Shown here: in pieces, positions 34,458 through 43,016 of the stretch
How the letters are laid out: every line of letters begins with the position of its first letter
Position numbering within the stretch: position 1 is the first letter of the stretch
From: a virus
Direction: 5' to 3' (one strand)
IMG/VR virus record: IMGVR_UViG_3300002307_000006
Location: 1-53,472 of that record
DNA: 53,472 nt
Position numbers and translations under genes: made by a program
The notes under the pieces: model-generated
Told to the model about the DNA's origin: nothing
The model's input: the letters and a program-made list of their open reading frames with translations, nothing else
The model's database searches: none

Positions 34458-37111
34458 TATTTAATTCCTTTCATGTACGCCAAAGGGGACTTTGCAGGAG
34501 GCGGGATTTTGTGCAGAGGAGTTGCGCGCTTGTGCTTGCGGACAGCCTCTCTAAATTGATCCAACTTCTCAGCGCCAGCCTTATTAGAACCATCACCAAG
34601 CATTGAAACCAACTCGGCATCAATCACATATTCACCATCAGCGAGCATAGCCGGGATGTCATCAGATTGGCCAGTTCCGGGGCCACGAACAGCAGAGCCT
34701 TGACGATAGTCATGACGACCTTGAACCACAGGAACACCAGATTCAGGATGAGTCAGGCCGCCGCGTTTCATGCCGTTCGGATTGCCGTTCATGATTTGAG
34801 CGGGGTCAACTGCTTTCCCGTAGGTGTAGTGAGTCGTGGCTAAACCACCGCCAGCCTTAGAAACCGGAGCGGGAGTTGTATCAGCAGGAGGATTCACAGG
34901 GTTATAACCCGGCGCATTCAGGTTGTGATACAGGTCTGTGCCTTCATAAATATCGTTGCCAGTGCTTACTGGGTTTGTGTACTGATCAGCGGTCACAACA
35001 TTAGGTGAGCCAATACCAAAACTAGTTGTGCGTGGATTGATCACGCCAACTTGCGACATATCGACGCCTTGGTTAGTTGCTACTGGGCTTGAGTTTGAAC
35101 CCATCAACTGACCAATCAATGTACCCAGCAATGCGCCTTGCACACCGCCGCTCTTGAGCATATCGGTGATCGAACCTAAACCTGTATCTTGATTTCCAGA
35201 ACCGCCAGTTGTAGTTACCTTAGGGGTAACCAATGGGCTTTTTGTATTGCCGGTGTTTGTGATGCTAGTGCCGGGTGTTGTGCTGAGATATTGACCGTTT
35301 GAGTCAACATTAACTTGAGTTCCACTAGTTGGGTCTGTATAAGTCCATGTGCCATCAGAGTTCATTTGATAGCCAGCATCCAACAAGTTTTGTTGTTGGT
35401 TGGACAGTGTGCTGTTTGTACCATCAGGGTTATAGACGGTAGCGTTTGGATTATCTAAGATTGTGGATGTGCCGTCATCATAATAAGCCGTATAAGTACC
35501 ATCACCATTATCAACCGAGTCAATAATAGTTCCGCCACCAGCATATCCGCGTACGCCGCCGCCTTTTTTCATCATAGTTATTAGCCCGCCTTGTTTTACG
35601 CTTATGTCACCACCGTTATCCCCTGAGTTATCAGAAGAATTTGTGTTGTCTGCAATTACAGTATTGTCTATATTTGTATTGTCTACACCAGTGTTGTCAG
35701 TTGATGTGGTGTCACCAACAAGAGTGTAAGAACCATCAGGGCTAACGGCGGCATAAAGTTTTCCATTTGGCGCATACCAGTTACCGGCGGCATCTTGCGT
35801 ATAACCACCATTATCAGCAGTTTGCGTATTATCAGAACCTTGCTGGGATTGATCACCAACTAAAGCATAGTTTCCATCATTACCCAAAGACGCGTACAAA
35901 GTGCCATCTGAAGAATAAATGTCGCCTTTTGGATCTTGGTAGTAGCCACCACCCAAATCAGTATTGCCAGAAGTATCTTGACTGCTGGTCAATGCATAAG
36001 TTCCATCACCATTCATGGTGGCAACTAGCGTGCCTGTTGAGTCATAAACATTTCCTGCGGCGTCTTGTTTGAAACCTTCTCCAAGATCGGTCATGGTTGA
36101 CGAACTAGAGTTGTCTGCAATATTTGCTGGGGTTACTCCTCCTTTTGGAGTTAGTGTTCCATCAGGCGTATAAACTTGTCCTGTCATAACACCGTTGTCA
36201 CCCATTTTTGTGGTGTCAATCGTTGTGTTATTTAATTTAGCCCAAGCGCTCAACTCATCAGAAGTTCCCATTTCCATTCCAATGACAGCGCCATCTTTGT
36301 CATAGGTTGTCTTGACTCCATTTGAGTCAATGTTGTAGTACGTGCCATCACCATTAGAAACAGCATCAGATGGCGGCCCATACGTATTTTTGCCGGCTTT
36401 ATCCAGTTCTGCTTGCACTTGAGCATCAGTTAATTTGGTATCACCGGTCGCTGTTTTTGTTCCTGAAATGGGAAGCCCACTTGTAGTTGTTTTTGTTCCG
36501 GAAGGTGTAGTAGTCGTTGTTTTTGGGCTAGTCAAACCGAGCAAATCAGTGATTGATTTTCCCGTATTTTTGTTTATCAAACTTCCAGCAACTGCGCCAC
36601 CAATAGCAGGCAACAATGAATTCAAAACTGAACTTGTTCCAGTTTTTGTAGTGTTTGTAATAGACGGTGTCACCTTTGTTGCTGACGTAGGTGTGGTAAT
36701 TGTTCCCGCAGGTGTTGTATTGGTTACTTTGGGAGTAACTGTAGTAGTTGGCTTAATTACAGATGTAATTGTGCTTGGTGGCTTGACTGTTGGTGTTGTA
36801 ACTTTTGGAGTTACAGTTGTAGGAATTTTTGCTGGTGTAGTTGGCAAAGTTGGCAAAGTTGGCCTTGCAACAGTACCTGTACCAACAGGCATTCCTGTAC
36901 CAACAGGCATTCCTGTACCAGTTGTTGGGGTGTTTACAACGTCAGGAGCAACCACAGAAGTCACTGGCGCACTATTAACACCAGCATCAGAAATTGATCC
37001 ATTTGGAGCAATTGTTCCGGGGCGTGCTGTCATTCCAGCAGTACCCAAATCGTTGATACCTTTGAATTCTGGGATTGGATTTTTAGCGGTTCGCTTAACT
37101 AGAATTGCCAT
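34457..37111 (-). CDS. T/P/G/N-rich internal virion protein candidate, 884 aa, with repeated D..G..Y...G.L.......DG.Y.L units
   Basis: ORF track. Repeats DAAGNVYDSTGTLVATMNGDGTYALTS / DPKGDIYSSDGTLYASLGNDGNYALVG / DAAGNWYAPNGKLYAAVSPDGSYTLVG. Confidence 0.65.
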   Translation of the reverse strand: MAILVKRTAKNPIPEFKGINDLGTAGMTARPGTIAPNGSISDAGVNSAPVTSVVAPDVVNTPTTGTGMPVGTGMPVGTGTVARPTLPTLPTTPAKIPTTVTPKVTTPTVKPPSTITSVIKPTTTVTPKVTNTTPAGTITTPTSATKVTPSITNTTKTGTSSVLNSLLPAIGGAVAGSLINKNTGKSITDLLGLTSPKTTTTTPSGTKTTTSGLPISGTKTATGDTKLTDAQVQAELDKAGKNTYGPPSDAVSNGDGTYYNIDSNGVKTTYDKDGAVIGMEMGTSDELSAWAKLNNTTIDTTKMGDNGVMTGQVYTPDGTLTPKGGVTPANIADNSSSSTMTDLGEGFKQDAAGNVYDSTGTLVATMNGDGTYALTSSQDTSGNTDLGGGYYQDPKGDIYSSDGTLYASLGNDGNYALVGDQSQQGSDNTQTADNGGYTQDAAGNWYAPNGKLYAAVSPDGSYTLVGDTTSTDNTGVDNTNIDNTVIADNTNSSDNSGDNGGDISVKQGGLITMMKKGGGVRGYAGGGTIIDSVDNGDGTYTAYYDDGTSTILDNPNATVYNPDGTNSTLSNQQQNLLDAGYQMNSDGTWTYTDPTSGTQVNVDSNGQYLSTTPGTSITNTGNTKSPLVTPKVTTTGGSGNQDTGLGSITDMLKSGGVQGALLGTLIGQLMGSNSSPVATNQGVDMSQVGVINPRTTSFGIGSPNVVTADQYTNPVSTGNDIYEGTDLYHNLNAPGYNPVNPPADTTPAPVSKAGGGLATTHYTYGKAVDPAQIMNGNPNGMKRGGLTHPESGVPVVQGRHDYRQGSAVRGPGTGQSDDIPAMLADGEYVIDAELVSMLGDGSNKAGAEKLDQFREAVRKHKRATPLHKIPPPAKSPLAYMKGIK
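36841..36920. repeat. In-frame microsatellite-like tandem repeats (9 bp x2.5 and 18 bp x2.5)
   Basis: ttggcaaag ttggcaaag ttggcc (PTLPTLPT) and cctgtaccaacaggcatt x2 + cctgtacca (TGMPVGTGMPVGTG). Confidence 0.85.
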
Positions 37112-37114
37112 GTC

Positions 37115-38920
37115 TTATCCATTCTTTTTGTGTGTTAACAAAGCCATTAACCCAGAAATATTGTTGATAGGCGTTAGGGTACTGACATCAACTTTTTTGG
37201 GCGGCACAAAAGGCGCTGGCTTTGTCGCAACGCGAGCGACAGGTGTAGCCGCTTGAGTGTTGGGCGTCATTAGTTGTTGCAACTGATCTAAACTCAATCG
37301 ACTTGCTGGTGCTTGCGCTATGGGTTTAACTGCATTCAATCCAGATGTTGGCTTTGCGGTATTACCAGTAATTGCGCCTTTGATGGCATTTGTAGCCAAA
37401 GCAGAACCTGCGGCCCCAGCAATACCTAAAGGACTAAATGGGTTGATGTTTTTCGGTAATAGGCTTGATGTAGCGTCTTCAGGTTTTGGTTGCTCGCCGT
37501 TCAAAGATGTCTGAGTCTGTACGTTTGCGGCGGTCAACCCAGATGGAGTTGGAGTTTCTTCGCCAGTGTTTTGTGCAACAGAATTGTCAGTATTTTGAGC
37601 CGCGCGGTTGATAGCGCCAATATCAGTTGAAGTGTCAATATTTGATGTTTGTTGGCCAGAAATACCAGCCTTAGACAAATCAGTTTCGTTGATATTGTCT
37701 GCATTTGATACTGTTGACAGTCCACCTTTAGGAGTCAAACCAGTATCTGGAGTTGGTGTTTCAGTATTTGATAAATCTGAAACGCTTGTAGGTAACCCAG
37801 TTGTTGAATCGATTTTTTGACCAGTGTCTGTATTACCTTGAGTGTCATCAGTTTTGCCAAGGCTAGAGGTAAAGTCTTTGACCTCGTTAACTGCGCCATT
37901 GATCAATGTACTTGCACCGAGGTTCAACAATGCGGCGGATGGATCTTTGCCAGACAAAAGGCTTGATGTAACAGTAGATGCGGCTTTACCAGCCAACTGA
38001 GAACCAGTATCTCCAGCAACTTCATTACCAATCAAACTACCAGCGGCGCCAGTAGCAAGACCTTCAGCATTGATGTTGCCAGTCGTTACCAATTGACGTG
38101 CGGCATTTGCGCCAACTTGTCCAGCCAATTGAGAGCCAGTCTCTGAGGCAATTTCGCCACCCAAACTACCAGTACCTAAACCGATCACAGAATTGGTCAA
38201 TGCTTTTTCAAAGTCACCACCATTGGTTGCTGAATTTACAGCCGTTTGGGCCACAAACTTTTGAACCATTGGATCTTGTCCCGGAAGAATTGTGTCTCCC
38301 AAACCCTTCATGAATTCGTTTGCAGATTTTGATAAATCTTGGAAACCTTGAGCAAAAGAGTTCGTGCCAGTGTTAGCAACTTCAGTCACCGCATTAGGGG
38401 TTACAGCGCCGTTTGTGGCGGCTGTAGTAGCCTCAGTAACTGTTCCGCCTTGATTCACAATTTGGACAGCATCTGAGGCTTGTTCTACGGTTCCGCCGCC
38501 CTCAATAACGGTTGAGGCTGTAGCCTGCTGGGTGCTTGCAACTGCAACATTGTCACCAGTAGCGGCCAAAGTGCTTGTGCCTTGCTCAACAGCAGTAGTA
38601 GTCTCCGGTACGGTCAAACCAACATCAGCGGTAGTGGTTGCGGCCGTAGTCGTTGAGGTAGTTGTGGCCGCGTCGGCCATGGTGGTAAGTGTTTCAGGCG
38701 CCGCATCAGCAGTAGCAACAATGATTGGATCTGTTGCCACCGTATCCATAACAACGGTAGAAGTTGCCAAATCACTTGCAACAACTTCTCCTGCTCCGTC
38801 AACAATAGTCGCCCCAATTTCAGGCGCTATCTCACCAAGTGCTGGCAAAATTTCAGGAGCAAAAACGGCAACAGCCGCAATAGCGGCTACTTCTAAAACG
38901 GTTTCAACGACTGCACCCAT
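37115..38920 (-). CDS. T/A/G-rich internal virion protein candidate, 601 aa, hydrophobic N-terminus
   Basis: ORF track; TAATG coupling to the upstream 150-aa ORF. Confidence 0.6.
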   Translation of the reverse strand: MGAVVETVLEVAAIAAVAVFAPEILPALGEIAPEIGATIVDGAGEVVASDLATSTVVMDTVATDPIIVATADAAPETLTTMADAATTTSTTTAATTTADVGLTVPETTTAVEQGTSTLAATGDNVAVASTQQATASTVIEGGGTVEQASDAVQIVNQGGTVTEATTAATNGAVTPNAVTEVANTGTNSFAQGFQDLSKSANEFMKGLGDTILPGQDPMVQKFVAQTAVNSATNGGDFEKALTNSVIGLGTGSLGGEIASETGSQLAGQVGANAARQLVTTGNINAEGLATGAAGSLIGNEVAGDTGSQLAGKAASTVTSSLLSGKDPSAALLNLGASTLINGAVNEVKDFTSSLGKTDDTQGNTDTGQKIDSTTGLPTSVSDLSNTETPTPDTGLTPKGGLSTVSNADNINETDLSKAGISGQQTSNIDTSTDIGAINRAAQNTDNSVAQNTGEETPTPSGLTAANVQTQTSLNGEQPKPEDATSSLLPKNINPFSPLGIAGAAGSALATNAIKGAITGNTAKPTSGLNAVKPIAQAPASRLSLDQLQQLMTPNTQAATPVARVATKPAPFVPPKKVDVSTLTPINNISGLMALLTHKKNG

Positions 38921-39372
38921 TATTTATCTCCATTACGATCTGGGCCTAGTCTCAAAGTAACTTGATAGCCACCGCCCTTACAACTCTGAGCAACATAACC
39001 CATGCCAGCAGGTTTTCCCCGGGCAATTAACTTAAAAATATTAAGGATGGTCGGATCCTCAAATTGTGTAGTGACAACGTCAAAGCCAACGTCATATGCG
39101 GCTTTCATGAAGACTTGGCTGTTCGCTAAGAACATACGAGGAGAATCAGCATTTAACGATCTAAAAAAACCTCGACCCGGAACTTTGGTGCGGTGAATGA
39201 TGAAAATTGTGTTGCCCTCTTGCATACGCCATGTCTTTGCCATAGCAAATTCAATCTTGAGCATATTTTCAATTTCATTGAGGGGGCGGTTCGCCTTAGT
39301 GTTCTCAGCGGCGATATGGATAATCTCCTTGCTGGACAACTTTTTTTGTGTACTATCGACGACTTGCACCAT
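38920..39372 (-). CDS. Unknown 150-aa protein coupled to the ketosynthase gene (faint GNAT-like pattern, speculative)
   Basis: ORF track; TAAATG junction with the KS stop. Confidence 0.6.
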   Translation of the reverse strand: MVQVVDSTQKKLSSKEIIHIAAENTKANRPLNEIENMLKIEFAMAKTWRMQEGNTIFIIHRTKVPGRGFFRSLNADSPRMFLANSQVFMKAAYDVGFDVVTTQFEDPTILNIFKLIARGKPAGMGYVAQSCKGGGYQVTLRLGPDRNGDK

Positions 39373-40485
39373 TTACAGCCCCTTAAAGATTGCGGCCGAG
39401 TAGATGTTTCCCATCCCCGCCGCTAAACTCAAAATAGACCCGTCAGGCTTTGGCACTGATTCCGAAAGGTATACCGAATCGCTTTCAGTTCGGTTCTCAA
39501 TCGCTGGCACATAGCCCCTTTTCAGGTCTTCTATCAACAACAATGTTTCGAGCAATCCGCTACTGCCCATGGTGTGGCCGATCTTTTGCTTATAAGATGT
39601 GGCCACAAACTCTGGCAATATGGAATTGAGCGCAGTGGATTCCGCGATGTTATTAGAGGCCGTTCCTGTCCCGTGCGCTTTTACTATTTTAATCTCACGA
39701 GCGAATGTTTGGGAATACTTTAAAGCACCTAATATGGCCTTTTTAAAGCCTTGCCCATCTTCACACTGACCAATTGCGTTGGTGGACGCCTCAGAGGCGC
39801 TGTAGGCCCCTAATAACTCAGCGTGAGGGGTCAATCCTTGCTTTTCTACTGCCCACGCATTTTCAAACACAGCCAAGGCGGCCCCTTGACCGATTCGGAA
39901 CCCAAAGTTCTTCGAATCGAAAGCGGATGGCTTTATGCCTTCTTGCTCTTGCTTTTCTGTCAAAACAGCCTTGGCCTCGCCAAAAAACTCTAAAACTGCA
40001 TTTGTGACGCCATCCTCTACCGTCAACACGATTACCCGGTCAAACTCATAAAACTGCATCAGGTTCTGTACATCCATCATGACTTTTAGGCTAGATGCGC
40101 AAGCAGAGGCATCGGTTTGCACCAGATCCATCTCGCCAAAAGATTGAGCCGTCCGGCCAGCGTAGACTTGAGTCAGGCTAAATGGCATGAACTTATAGAC
40201 ATAGGACAAGCGGTTATCGTAATGACGTGGGCCAATTCCAGCAAAATGAGCGTTACCACCAGCCAAAATGAATGCTGTTTTGTTGACAGGATGCTCTCGC
40301 AAATACTTACATAACTCTGGGTCTAGGACTTTTTCGGCCAATTTATGAGGGACATAAAAAAGCCCAGATTTCGCTCTAGCGTATGTGTCTGGGAACCAAT
40401 GTACCTTTTGCGGATATACGACGTCGTCAAATAATTCAACGTCCGTCGTAGAGGCAGTTCGGTAATGGGTTAAATACATCTTCAT
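39373..40485 (-). CDS. Beta-ketoacyl-ACP synthase (KAS I/II-type, Cys-His-His) homologue with divergent N-terminus
   Basis: DASACASSL (Cys), FDSKNFGFRIGQGAA, KAHGTGT (His), YKQKIGHTMGSSG (Lys/His), AAGMGNIYSAAIF. Same order as FabF/FabB motifs. Confidence 0.8.
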   Translation of the reverse strand: MKMYLTHYRTASTTDVELFDDVVYPQKVHWFPDTYARAKSGLFYVPHKLAEKVLDPELCKYLREHPVNKTAFILAGGNAHFAGIGPRHYDNRLSYVYKFMPFSLTQVYAGRTAQSFGEMDLVQTDASACASSLKVMMDVQNLMQFYEFDRVIVLTVEDGVTNAVLEFFGEAKAVLTEKQEQEGIKPSAFDSKNFGFRIGQGAALAVFENAWAVEKQGLTPHAELLGAYSASEASTNAIGQCEDGQGFKKAILGALKYSQTFAREIKIVKAHGTGTASNNIAESTALNSILPEFVATSYKQKIGHTMGSSGLLETLLLIEDLKRGYVPAIENRTESDSVYLSESVPKPDGSILSLAAGMGNIYSAAIFKGL

Positions 40486-40772
40486 TTGATTGCCTCGGCA
40501 ACTTGCTCAAGAGACTCAGGCTCTTTTGTTTTTCTGCCCATCAATAAGTCATATATTTCTTGAACAGTTTTTGGCGCCCATGATTTTGATTCATCATCAT
40601 CAGGAATTCCGTATATCTCACACATATACATCATCATCACCAGACCATCCAAACTATCAATGCCTAAGTCTTCAAACTTGTCTTCCATGGAAGTAGCCTC
40701 GTTACCACCTGTGAAATGCAATGGGCGCGCCACTTTGGCCACCAAGTTAAATAGGTCAATAAAATTTATCAT
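40482..40772 (-). CDS. Acyl carrier protein (96 aa; internal ATG of track ORF 40482-40829)
   Basis: EDLGIDSLDGLVMMMYMCEIYGI = DSL phosphopantetheine-attachment motif in helix II context; ATGA overlaps with both neighbours. Confidence 0.75.
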   Translation of the reverse strand: MINFIDLFNLVAKVARPLHFTGGNEATSMEDKFEDLGIDSLDGLVMMMYMCEIYGIPDDDESKSWAPKTVQEIYDLLMGRKTKEPESLEQVAEAIK

Positions 40773-41050
40773 GTTTGCGGTTGCCTTAGGTTGACTGTTA
40801 GAACCAAAACCTCTGCCCATTCTTGCCATTTATCAAAAATCGATGGGTCAGGGATTCCTTCATTTACAAACAAGTCTATAGCAATCAAGCCAGTAGCCCA
40901 ATTTTTCCAGTCGGTTCTTTCGTCAGGGATTTCCAACTGCTGGGTAGCAAACTGCTCACACATTCGTGATGCCCACTCTGGAAACTCCATAAAGCGGGGA
41001 TCAACAAGGGGTGCGGTGTTAATAGCCACGCACGTCACCATAGTCGCCAT
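40769..41050 (-). CDS. Trp-rich small protein (~90 aa; start uncertain, 41041/41050/41083)
   Basis: Track ORF 40769-41083 overlaps the end of the 665-aa gene; TGA overlaps the ACP ATG. Confidence 0.45.
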   Translation of the reverse strand: MATMVTCVAINTAPLVDPRFMEFPEWASRMCEQFATQQLEIPDERTDWKNWATGLIAIDLFVNEGIPDPSIFDKWQEWAEVLVLTVNLRQPQT

Positions 41051-43016
41051 CGATGAGGATGCGACCCACTTGATAATTACCACCTTGCACGTTTGAGACG
41101 AACTTCACGCGCAACTCACGACGTTGCTCTTTCATGTCGATCTTATTGGTGTCTGGATAAAATGTATATGGCCCAGTCGTTGAATCTGTGGATTGAGCAA
41201 AAGGACGACCAGTTATGTAGCAATCCATAGGGCCGTTCTGCACAAAATCAGGCTCTAGGCGCTCAATTCTGAGCCAGCGGTTATCTCCTACCGGAGAAGT
41301 TTGAGAAGGGCCGCCAGAGACCCATCCAAGGTCATTGGTCTCAAAATAAGATTCAATCGCTTGTACTGAACCAATTTTGATGGCATCAACGCCAATTTCA
41401 TGCTGGTATAGAGATACAAACGTCATGGTCGAGTTGACCGTCAAAACAAAGCCAGATCCGCCGGGTAGGGTGGCCGACAAGAAGTCTCCAACCGTATAAC
41501 CCAAACCACGCAGACTTATCACGCAAACGGTAACCTTGTTGCCGGATACCGTAATGTCAGCATAAGCGCCGGCCCCTGTGCCACCAGTCAAAGGCGTCAG
41601 AGGATACGAGCCATTGGTATAGCCAGAGCCTTGGTTGCTGATGGTTACTGCATTAACGCCGCCTGTGCCATTTGGTTCCCATGCGGCATTGACGGGGTAG
41701 TGAAATACTTGTGAGAAGTAGCCAGCAGAGCGACGAGCGCCAAGCGCTGTTCCGGCGTCATACCAGCAGTTTTCTCGGATGTTGTAGATGATGGCGTCAT
41801 TGCACTCAGTTGAAGTTCCTCGTGGATAGAACCACCAGACTTCACCGTAGCGAGGGACTTTGGTCGCATAGACCTTTTCACGTGCCGCATAATTCAAATT
41901 ATCAAAAAAGTAGTTTTGGTTCATGTTGTTAGGGATTTCCTTAACAACGCCGTTGTAGAGCATGAATCGGTCAACGCCAATCCAGTAATAAATACCGTCA
42001 TACTCAATCACGCACTGAGATGACATGATAGATGTCTGGCTTGAGATGATGTCATAACGCCAATAGAACGTGTTGGCTACGCCGCCAACTGTTACGGTCG
42101 TTGGGGTATAGGAAACACGAATCAAAGAATCCAAAGACCAAAACAAGCCAGATGGAGCGTTAGATCCACCGCGTACTGGTAAACCCTGAACAATCTTGGT
42201 GGACGCTACGTTGGTTTCGTTTGAGTCAGCAGAGATCCAATTTTTTGTATCGCCGGCCGCACAATTCTTGATCAAGCCATTGTTGCCATACACAAAAACG
42301 TAAGGGTGCAAAACAACCACACCGCCAGATACTTTAATTTGATTGTCAAAGGTCAGCGTAACACTTGTGCCAATTGCGGTCGTTGGTAATGAAATGGTGA
42401 CGGTTGTACCAACAATTGAAATAACCGTTGTGCCGGCTTGTATTCCGGCGCCAGAGACGGTTTGGCCAGCCCCAATATAGATATTTGAAGTTGGCAAGGT
42501 GATTGTTGTGGCCCCACTGGCAAAAGTTCCAACTGCTGTAAAAACACCAATAGGAGACGCGCTGGAGCCTGTTATATCGCCACCCAAAACATAAGTGTTG
42601 ATGACGTTGTTGATGTCCGCAAGGTTTTGTCCGGGGTGAGCCAGCAAAGTTTCTCGACCTGTTCCGGTTGCATCAAACAACGAATCAAACTGCCACAAGT
42701 TACTTACGCTAGGTGTAAACCCTGTAAGAGTCCAATCTACTAAAGACGATCCAACTCCGTTGTTGTCAATAGGAAGGGCTTGTAAGCCATCAGAATAGCC
42801 GCTGTAGACGTAACTGAATGCCGCTTGAGGGTTAACGTAGATGCCGCGAGAAGGGCCTGCTAGGTTGTTGATGATCTCGCGATAACCAAGAATCTTACGG
42901 GGGCGACCACGCTGAAACCGAACCCAGCGGCCATCGTTGTAGAAGTTCTTGTCAAATGTTGTGCCGTCACGCTGTACGCCCGGCTGGGTATCAAAGGCAA
43001 AGACTTTTGCGGTCAT
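41019..43016 (-). CDS. Tail structural protein, 665 aa
   Basis: ORF track; late operon between adaptor-like genes and the ejection-protein run. Confidence 0.65.
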   Translation of the reverse strand: MTAKVFAFDTQPGVQRDGTTFDKNFYNDGRWVRFQRGRPRKILGYREIINNLAGPSRGIYVNPQAAFSYVYSGYSDGLQALPIDNNGVGSSLVDWTLTGFTPSVSNLWQFDSLFDATGTGRETLLAHPGQNLADINNVINTYVLGGDITGSSASPIGVFTAVGTFASGATTITLPTSNIYIGAGQTVSGAGIQAGTTVISIVGTTVTISLPTTAIGTSVTLTFDNQIKVSGGVVVLHPYVFVYGNNGLIKNCAAGDTKNWISADSNETNVASTKIVQGLPVRGGSNAPSGLFWSLDSLIRVSYTPTTVTVGGVANTFYWRYDIISSQTSIMSSQCVIEYDGIYYWIGVDRFMLYNGVVKEIPNNMNQNYFFDNLNYAAREKVYATKVPRYGEVWWFYPRGTSTECNDAIIYNIRENCWYDAGTALGARRSAGYFSQVFHYPVNAAWEPNGTGGVNAVTISNQGSGYTNGSYPLTPLTGGTGAGAYADITVSGNKVTVCVISLRGLGYTVGDFLSATLPGGSGFVLTVNSTMTFVSLYQHEIGVDAIKIGSVQAIESYFETNDLGWVSGGPSQTSPVGDNRWLRIERLEPDFVQNGPMDCYITGRPFAQSTDSTTGPYTFYPDTNKIDMKEQRRELRVKFVSNVQGGNYQVGRILIDGDYGDVRGY

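Noticed and set aside
36435-37256. 273-aa plus-strand Val-rich ORF antisense to the 884-aa gene
   Set aside because: It is the compositional mirror of the Thr/Pro/Gly-rich minus-strand ORF (ACN read antisense gives NGT = Val/Gly). It straddles a gene junction and has no start context.
39478-39491. 14-mer tcgctttcagttcg shared between the KS gene and the terS upstream region (17988-18001)
   Set aside because: A handful of 14-nt matches are expected by chance in a 53-kb sequence (roughly N^2/2 divided by 4^14). The KS copy lies in coding sequence with no positional logic.
40773-40829. N-terminal extensions offered by the ORF track (ACP to 40829; fibre 2 to 51656; 21677-22090; 27192-27260; 18860-19237; 21308-21655)
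   Set aside because: The extensions overlap the preceding gene in another frame and look non-native. Internal ATGs give ATGA/TAATG coupling or a proper Shine-Dalgarno.
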